A DNA stretch of 21,822 nt from a bacterium (GTDB taxonomy: Bacteria; Sysuimicrobiota; Sysuimicrobiia; Sysuimicrobiales; Humicultoraceae): NCBI GenBank assembly GCA_041497675.1, contig JBGQGY010000057.1, forward strand, positions 1 through 21,822. Direction: 5' to 3'. Positions within the stretch are counted from its first letter, which is position 1; each line of letters begins with the position of its first letter. The position numbers were made by a program, and so were the translations under genes. Below are positions 15,858 through 21,822 of this stretch, in pieces. The notes beneath the pieces are model-generated. The model ran no database searches. It was not told where the DNA came from and saw only the letters and a list, made by a program, of their open reading frames with translations.

Positions 15858-17405
15858 ATGTACCGCAAGATTGTGATGCTCGCAACAATTTTGACCCTCG
15901 TGGTGCTGAGCAACCTTCCATCCTACAGACATGGGGCCACTCTCGCGGCGCCCGCGGCCGCCACGCAGTGCACCGAGCGCGGCGGGACGCTGCGGGTCGG
16001 TCTGGACTCGGATCTCATCAATCTGGATCCCGATGCGTCGACGAGCCGGCCGGATCGGCAGGTCTGGAAGGAAGTGTTCAACACGCTCGTCGGCCTGACG
16101 GCCGAACTCAAGATCGTCCCCGAGCTCGCCGAATCGTGGGAGTATCGGTCACCGACCACGATCGTCTTCAAGCTGCGTCAGGGCGTGAAGTTCCACGACG
16201 GCACCGATTTCGACGCCGACGCGGTCAAGTTCAACATCGAGCGGAAGAAGTCGATCGCGGGTCCGCGGGTCAGCGAGCTTGCGAGCGTCGAGTCGGTCGA
16301 GGTCGTCGATCGGTCGACCGTGAAGTTCAACTTGAAGGAGCCGTTTGCTCCCCTGCTCGCGATCCTCTCGGACGGTTCGGGCATGATGTCATCGCCCACA
16401 GCCGTGCGGAGGCTCGGACCCGACTACGCGCGGAACCCCGTCGGTACGGGGCCGTTCCGGTTCGTCGAGTGGCTGAAAAATGACCACCTGACTGTTCGCC
16501 GGTTCGACCGGTACTGGGAGAAGGATCTTCCCTGTATCGACGAGATCCGCTTCATTCCCGTGAGCGACGAAGCGGTCAAGTTGACCAACCTGAAGACCGG
16601 CGCGCTGGACCTGGTCGACAGCGTCCCGCCGAAGGACGTGGCCGGTCTCAAGCAGGACAACAAGTTCAAGTACTTCGAGGTCAGTGACCTTGGGTGGCGC
16701 TCGCTCGACATCAACGTCACCCGCCCGCCCTTTGACACGAAGGCGGTCCGTCAGGCGGTCGCGTGGGCCATCGACCGAGACGTCATCGTGCGCGCCGTGC
16801 TCTTCGGCACAGGGGTCGTGGCCCACGGCCCGACCTCACCGATGCATGCAGGGTATCAGCGGGCGTTTGCGCCTTATCGCCGCAACGTCGAGAAGGCCAA
16901 AGGGCTGCTCTCCGAAGGCGGCCGGGCAGGCGGTTTCCGGTTCACCGTGATGGTTCCACGTTTCGAAGTGCGCGAGCAGGTGGCCCAGGTGCTGAGGGAG
17001 CAACTCGCCGAGGTCGGTATCCAGGTGGATATCCAACTCGTCGATTTTGGCGACTATGTCGGCCGGCTGAGGACAAAAGACTACGCCGCGCAGATGGGCG
17101 GGTGGAGCGGGCGCCCGGATCTCGACGGCAGCCTGCATTTCATGTTCCATGGACGCGGCTCGCAGAATGTGACCGGGTACGACAATCCCAAAGTGAACGA
17201 ACTGCTCGATCGGGCGCGCACCGTGACCGATCAAAACGTGCGGGTCCGGCTGTATCAGGCGGCGCAGGCCATCATCGCGGACGAGGCGCCCAGCGTGTTC
17301 CTCTTCTACCTGCCGCAGAATGAAGCGGCGATCGCGCGGGTCGAGGGCTACCGATCGAGCCCAGATAACATCCTGAGGCTGAAGTACGTGTCGATCCGCA
17401 AGTAG
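15858..17405 (+). CDS. ABC transporter substrate-binding protein, family 5 (OppA/DppA-like)
   Basis: SD AGGAGGT; signal peptide; GGTLRVG, PELAESW, LRQGVKFHDGT.FDA.AVK, PVGTGPF, VRQAVAWAIDR. Confidence 0.95.
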   Translation: MYRKIVMLATILTLVVLSNLPSYRHGATLAAPAAATQCTERGGTLRVGLDSDLINLDPDASTSRPDRQVWKEVFNTLVGLTAELKIVPELAESWEYRSPTTIVFKLRQGVKFHDGTDFDADAVKFNIERKKSIAGPRVSELASVESVEVVDRSTVKFNLKEPFAPLLAILSDGSGMMSSPTAVRRLGPDYARNPVGTGPFRFVEWLKNDHLTVRRFDRYWEKDLPCIDEIRFIPVSDEAVKLTNLKTGALDLVDSVPPKDVAGLKQDNKFKYFEVSDLGWRSLDINVTRPPFDTKAVRQAVAWAIDRDVIVRAVLFGTGVVAHGPTSPMHAGYQRAFAPYRRNVEKAKGLLSEGGRAGGFRFTVMVPRFEVREQVAQVLREQLAEVGIQVDIQLVDFGDYVGRLRTKDYAAQMGGWSGRPDLDGSLHFMFHGRGSQNVTGYDNPKVNELLDRARTVTDQNVRVRLYQAAQAIIADEAPSVFLFYLPQNEAAIARVEGYRSSPDNILRLKYVSIRK

Positions 17406-17413
17406 CCAGGGGC

Positions 17414-18358
17414 GTGGCACAGTACCTCGTTAATCGCATCTGGGGCATTCTCCCGGTGCTGCTGGTACTCAGCATCGTGACGTTTGGTGTCATGCGGCTG
17501 ATCCCGGGAGACCCCGTCGAGATCATGTGGGGGGGCGAAGCGAACCGGGAAGCGGTGCAGGCCGCGCGCGCCCGACTCGGTCTCGATCGACCACTCCCGC
17601 TGCAATATCTGTGGTGGCTGTCTCGGGTGGGGCGCGGCGATCTCGGGTTCTCGCTGCGAACCCACCAACCCGTCACGGAGGCGATCGCGCAGCGGTTGCC
17701 GGTGACCGTGGAATTGACAGTCCTGGCGATGGGTCTCGTCCTGCTCCTGGGCATTCCCCTCGGAGTGCTGGTCTCCGTCCGCAGGCAGACGGCTATCGAC
17801 ACGACGACCTCGGTCTTGTCGCTGCTGGGGCTCTCGATTCCCAGTTTCTTCCTGGGCATCGTGCTCATTGACGTGCTGGCCCTGCGTCTCCACTGGCTCC
17901 CGTCGCTCGGCTATGTCTCGGTGACCGAGCGCGCCGTCGACAACATCCGGCACATGATCTTGCCCGCGATCGCGCTGGCCACGGGTCTGGCCGCGGTGAT
18001 CCTGCGGATGGTGCGGGGCAGCATGCTGGAAGTGCTCTCACAAGAGTTCATCCTGGTAGCGCGCTCAAAGGGTCTGCGAGAGCGTCAGGTCATCTTCAAA
18101 CACGCGTTGCGCAATGCGCTGCTGCCGGTTGTCACCGTGGCGGGCCTGCAGATGGGGACGCTCCTCGGCGGCACGGTGCTGGTGGAGACGGTCTTTGGAT
18201 TGCCGGGCGTGGGCCGGTTGCTCCTGGACGGGATCCTCGCACGAGACTACCCCATCGTCCAGGGGACGGTGCTGCTGCTCGCCACCGCGCGTGTCGGGAC
18301 CAGCGTCGCGGTCGATTGGCTCTATGCGACCCTCGATTCCCGTATCAGGTTCGAGTAG
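17414..18358 (+). CDS. Opp/Dpp ABC transporter permease, OppB/DppB type
   Basis: PGDP, LGLDRP, GDLG.S, RLPVT.EL, ARSKGL, HALRNA, ETVFGLPGVG, RDYP. Confidence 0.95.
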   Translation: MAQYLVNRIWGILPVLLVLSIVTFGVMRLIPGDPVEIMWGGEANREAVQAARARLGLDRPLPLQYLWWLSRVGRGDLGFSLRTHQPVTEAIAQRLPVTVELTVLAMGLVLLLGIPLGVLVSVRRQTAIDTTTSVLSLLGLSIPSFFLGIVLIDVLALRLHWLPSLGYVSVTERAVDNIRHMILPAIALATGLAAVILRMVRGSMLEVLSQEFILVARSKGLRERQVIFKHALRNALLPVVTVAGLQMGTLLGGTVLVETVFGLPGVGRLLLDGILARDYPIVQGTVLLLATARVGTSVAVDWLYATLDSRIRFE

Positions 18359-18361
18359 CGA

Positions 18362-19183
18362 ATGGCCGCTACAGGCGTTGTGGGCCTGGCGCTGCTGTTC
18401 GTCGTGCTGGTGACGGCGATCATGGCGCCGGTGCTCGCGCCATATTCGCCCACAAGGCAAGACCTGGATCACGTGCTCGCCCGGCCAAACCGGCAGCACC
18501 TCCTCGGCACCGACGACCTCGGTCGCGACCTCCTGACACGGGTGATGTACGGCGCTCGGGTCTCGGTGATGGCGGGGTTCGTAGCGGTGGTCGCCGCGGC
18601 GCTGTTGGGCGTGCCGCTGGGACTGGCCGCCGGCTACTATCGCGGCATCAGCGACACGCTCATCATGCGGACGATGGACGGGTTGCTGGCGTTTCCCGCC
18701 CTGGTGCTCGCGATGGCCATCACCGCGGCGTTGGGCCCGGGCATCAGAAATGTGATCGTCGCCGTGGCGGCGGTCACGTGTCCGGCCTTTGCGCGCCTCG
18801 CCAGAGGCCAGGTCCTCCTGCTCAGGGAGTTGGAGATGGTCGCAGCGGCCAGGGCGGTCGGGATGGGTGATGCAAGAATCCTGCTGCGCTACATGGTGCC
18901 GAACATGACGTCCGTGCTGATCCTCCAGGGCGCGCTCAGTATCGGCCAGGCGATTCTCACAGAAGCGGGTCTGAGCTTTCTGGGTTTGGGGATCCAACCC
19001 CCCACCCCCGCATGGGGCTCGATGATCGAAATCGGTCGCCGCTACCTCGAGCAGACCCCGTGGATGAGCGTGGGGCCCGGCGTCGCCATCTTGCTCACCG
19101 TGCTCGGCTTCAACTTCAGCGCCGACGCGCTGCGTGATGCGCTCGATCCGCGGCTGCTGCGAACGGGCGGGCGAGAGGCATGA
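18362..19183 (+). CDS. Opp/Dpp ABC transporter permease, OppC/DppC type
   Basis: HLLGTDDLGRD, YGARVS, AARAVG, EAGLSFLGLG.QPP.PAWG, DALRDALDPR. Confidence 0.94.
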   Translation: MAATGVVGLALLFVVLVTAIMAPVLAPYSPTRQDLDHVLARPNRQHLLGTDDLGRDLLTRVMYGARVSVMAGFVAVVAAALLGVPLGLAAGYYRGISDTLIMRTMDGLLAFPALVLAMAITAALGPGIRNVIVAVAAVTCPAFARLARGQVLLLRELEMVAAARAVGMGDARILLRYMVPNMTSVLILQGALSIGQAILTEAGLSFLGLGIQPPTPAWGSMIEIGRRYLEQTPWMSVGPGVAILLTVLGFNFSADALRDALDPRLLRTGGREA

Positions 19184-19845
19184 TTCGAGTCCACGAGCAC
19201 GCCCCACCGCCGGCGGCCGATCTCCTGGATCGCGCGCGTCGCATCGCCCCCGCGACCATCGGCCACCTGCGGGAGACCGGCTTTGTGGATACCGGCATTG
19301 TCCCTCTCGTGACGCCGGTGTCGGTGGTCGGGCCGGCACTCACCGTCAGAATGGTCGCGCCCGACGGCGGCGCCGTCCACATGGCCATCGACGCGGCCCA
19401 CACGGGGGATGTGCTCGTCATCGACACGGGCGGCGATCGCGCGCACGCCTGTTGGGGGGACGGCACGACGCTCGCCGCCCAAACCCGCCGGATCGCGGCG
19501 GTCATCATCGACGGCGTCGCCACGGATGTCCAGGACATTCGGCGGACGCGGTTCCCGGTGTTCTGCCGCGGCCTATCCGTCCTGACGGTGAAAGCCTCGT
19601 ACAACGACGGTGAGGTCAACGGCGTGATCGCGTGCGGGGGCGCGACGGTGTCGCCGGGAGATCTCGTCATGGCGGACGACAACGGCATCGTCATCATTCG
19701 CCCTGATGACATTGGGCCTCTACTGGCCGCCGCCGAGAAATTCGAGGAGCACGAAGGGCGCATCCGCGCACGTCTCGCGGCGGGTGAATCGCTGGTCGAG
19801 ATCGTTCGAGCGATGTCTCGCGAACACCAAGGAGGGAACCGATGA
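19180..19845 (+). CDS. RraA / HMG-aldolase-family protein
   Basis: VGPALTV, GDVLVID, ACWGD, IIDGVATD, FPVFCRG, V.PGDLVMADDNGIV; ATGA overlap with the upstream gene. Confidence 0.88.
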   Translation: MIRVHEHAPPPAADLLDRARRIAPATIGHLRETGFVDTGIVPLVTPVSVVGPALTVRMVAPDGGAVHMAIDAAHTGDVLVIDTGGDRAHACWGDGTTLAAQTRRIAAVIIDGVATDVQDIRRTRFPVFCRGLSVLTVKASYNDGEVNGVIACGGATVSPGDLVMADDNGIVIIRPDDIGPLLAAAEKFEEHEGRIRARLAAGESLVEIVRAMSREHQGGNR

Positions 19846-20678
19846 AAGTCTACATTTCCGTGGACATGGAGGGTATTACCGGCGTCGCGGTCAAGGCGCA
19901 GGTCGTGGAAGGACACGCGGCCTACGAGCGGGCGCGCCGATTTATGACAAGCGACATCAATGCCGCGGTGGCCGGTGCGTTTGACGCGGGCGCGACCGAA
20001 GTGGTGGTGAACGATGGCCACTTCACCATGACCAACATCCTGCTGGAGGACCTCGACCCGCGGGCGCGGCTCATCACCGGCCGGAACAAACACCTGGCCC
20101 AGATGGAAGGTTTGGACTCCTCCTACACAGCCGTCTTTTATGTCGGCTACCACGCCAGCGTTGGGACGGCCGACGCGGTGATCAATCACACCTATCTGGG
20201 CAAGGCCGTGCGGGAGATTCGTCGAAACGGACGCGCCGCCAGCGAGGCGGAGATCAACTCGGGGATCGCCGGTCACTTTGGCGTGCCGATCGCGCTGATC
20301 ACCGGCGATGACAAGGCGGTCGCCGAAGCGACGGCCGCGCTGGGCAACATCGAGAGCGTCGTGGTCAAGCGTGGGCTTGATCGCTACGTGGCGAACACCC
20401 TGACGCTGCAGGCGTCGGCCGTGCTCATCCGGGAAGCTGCGCAACGGGCCTTGAAGAGGGTCAAGGAGTTCCCGGTCCCGCGCGTGCCGTCGCCCGTGAC
20501 GTTTGAGATCGACTTTATGTCGACCGCCGAGGCGGCGATCACGACGCTCTTCCCCACCGTCGAGCTGCGCGGCCCCCGGACCGTGGCGGTTACGGATCAC
20601 GACTATCTCAAGGCGTTCAAGGCGCTGTACGGATGCCTCGTGCTCGGGAACACTGTGGCCGACGAGATCTTTGGCTGA
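19842..20678 (+). CDS. dppA: M55-family D-aminopeptidase (Bacillus DppA-like)
   Basis: MKVYISVDMEG, V.DGH, GYHA, HT, SE, TGD: the binuclear-zinc motifs of M55; SD GGAGGG, ATGA overlap. Confidence 0.92.
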   Translation: MKVYISVDMEGITGVAVKAQVVEGHAAYERARRFMTSDINAAVAGAFDAGATEVVVNDGHFTMTNILLEDLDPRARLITGRNKHLAQMEGLDSSYTAVFYVGYHASVGTADAVINHTYLGKAVREIRRNGRAASEAEINSGIAGHFGVPIALITGDDKAVAEATAALGNIESVVVKRGLDRYVANTLTLQASAVLIREAAQRALKRVKEFPVPRVPSPVTFEIDFMSTAEAAITTLFPTVELRGPRTVAVTDHDYLKAFKALYGCLVLGNTVADEIFG

Positions 20679-20684
20679 CCGGCG

Positions 20685-21392
20685 ATGACGACGGATTGGC
20701 GGCGAAGTCTTGAGGAGTGGCCCCTGCCCGTTCCGATCTTTGACCTCGAACAGGCGCGAACGGCCCTGCTCGTCATCGACATGCAGCGATTCTGCGCCGA
20801 CCCAGCCTATGGGCTCGGCAAGAAGCTGCGGGAGTCGTTTCCGGATCTCGCGCGAGACTACGAACGGAGGCTGAACGTGGTGGTCGGCAACGTCGAACGC
20901 CTGCTGACCGACTTCCGCGGGCGAGGCGGGCGCGTCATCTTTACGACCTTCGGTCCGGAGCTATCCGATGGAAGCGACCTGCCGTGGTATCGACGCCGCA
21001 CAGACGGAAACCGGAGATACAACAACTTTGCCAGAGGGACGCCGGAGCACGGAATCCTTCCCCGGCTTGACCCTCAGAAAGGTGAGTTGGTCATCAACAA
21101 GACGACGACCAGCCCTTTCACCTCCACCGGAATCGCCCGGACGCTTCATCACCTGGGCATTACGGGGTTGGTCATCGCCGGAGTCTCCACCGATGTATGC
21201 GTGGAGAGCACCGCTCGTGACGCCGCGGACTTTGGCTTTCAATGCGTCATCGTTGACGACGCGTGTACGTCTCTTCATGACGCGCATCACCATGCCAGCC
21301 TTGCTGCGTTTGCGCGGCTCTTTGGCAGGGTGACGTCAACGCAGGAAGTGATCCAAGAACTCGGCGGCGCAACGACGACCCGCCGAGGGTAA
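20685..21392 (+). CDS. Isochorismatase-family cysteine hydrolase
   Basis: TALLVIDMQ (Asp), VINK (Lys), GVSTDVCVESTARDA (Cys): intact D-K-C triad. Confidence 0.92.
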   Translation: MTTDWRRSLEEWPLPVPIFDLEQARTALLVIDMQRFCADPAYGLGKKLRESFPDLARDYERRLNVVVGNVERLLTDFRGRGGRVIFTTFGPELSDGSDLPWYRRRTDGNRRYNNFARGTPEHGILPRLDPQKGELVINKTTTSPFTSTGIARTLHHLGITGLVIAGVSTDVCVESTARDAADFGFQCVIVDDACTSLHDAHHHASLAAFARLFGRVTSTQEVIQELGGATTTRRG

Positions 21393-21397
21393 TTCGA

Positions 21398-21610
21398 TCA
21401 GCGCGTTCTTCCGGTCACCGCCAAGCGCCGTCGAATCCTCGCCAAGTCTGTTCCGTCGAGCGGGAGCTCATAAAAGGTCCGCCACAGCCTGTCGACGAAC
21501 GCCTGCCACACTTCTCTCCCGTCAGGCAAATTCGGAAGGCGTCGAGTGCCCGCATAGTACGATAGTGTGATAGTGGGCGCGGACGAAAGGGGTACCTTTA
21601 TCGGTTCCAT
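21398..21610 (-). CDS. Hypothetical 70-aa protein
   Basis: GGAGG 7 nt upstream of ATG 21610; fills the gap without overlap and stops 5 nt from the convergent stop; no recognised family. Confidence 0.55.
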   Translation of the reverse strand: MEPIKVPLSSAPTITLSYYAGTRRLPNLPDGREVWQAFVDRLWRTFYELPLDGTDLARIRRRLAVTGRTR

Positions 21611-21640
21611 CGTTGATCCTCCGTGGGACGCTCTACCACT

Positions 21641-21682
21641 CTATGGGCTTCCCTTCCCGGTCTTGAGAAGCGAAGCCCATAG
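21641..21682. repeat. Inverted repeat / strong hairpin in a divergent intergenic region
   Basis: Perfect 11-bp arms CTATGGGCTTC (21641-21651)/GAAGCCCATAG (21672-21682), one mismatch, then 4 more bp CTTC/GAAG. Confidence 0.8.
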
Positions 21683-21727
21683 GTTGAAGACTGGGACGAT
21701 CCGGGAACCCTTCGCTGGAGGATCCTG

Positions 21728-21748
21728 TTGCATACTATAATAGCATAC
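21728..21748 (+). promoter_or_regulatory. Candidate -10 box flanked by GCATAC direct repeats
   Basis: GCATAC (21730-21735), TATAAT (21736-21741), A, GCATAC (21743-21748); no good -35 at 17-nt spacing. Confidence 0.5.
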
Positions 21749-21794
21749 CTGACGTGAACCGTGTGAAACATCTGGACGGACCGGGAGCGATCGC

Positions 21795-21822
21795 ATGCGC
21801 ATCGGGATCGGTGTCGGCGGCA
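21795..21822 (+). CDS. Start of a gene running off the window (MRIGIGVGG...); possibly hydantoinase/oxoprolinase- or ROK-like N-terminus
   Basis: SD GGGAG 21783-21787, ATG 21795. Only 9 codons are visible; they resemble MRIGIDVGGT but with G in place of D. Confidence 0.35.

Noticed and set aside
1..21822. CRISPR array, transposase, integrase or prophage genes
   Set aside because: No regularly spaced repeats or recombinase/transposase motifs seen by eye.

Overview
GC-rich, gene-dense bacterial window with three main blocks. (1) Plus strand: the 3' end of a ChrB-like chromate-resistance gene and a short truncated gene remnant, then a structured intergenic region and an Opp/Dpp-type ABC cassette (binding protein plus two permeases, no ATPase) ending in an AstE/AspA-family zinc deacylase. 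(2) Minus strand: a six-gene operon of the group-4-hydrogenase/complex-I superfamily (HyfI, HyfB, HyfC, HyfE, HyfF and HyfG-like). Its large subunit lacks all four NiFe-ligating cysteines, so it is an energy-converting-hydrogenase-related (Ehr) complex rather than a true hydrogenase. It is followed by a SnoaL-like ester cyclase with its own candidate sigma70 promoter, a long leader and a terminator. (3) Plus strand, divergent from block 2: an eight-gene catabolic operon encoding a YheO/DauR-type PAS-HTH regulator, an atypical GGT-family Ntn hydrolase, a second ATPase-less Opp/Dpp cassette, an RraA/HMG-aldolase-like protein lacking the catalytic Arg, an M55 D-aminopeptidase and an isochorismatase-family hydrolase. 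The window ends with a convergent 70-aa orphan ORF and the first codons of another gene. I saw no rRNA, tRNA, CRISPR array or transposase. All family calls come from recognising motifs by eye; no searches were run.
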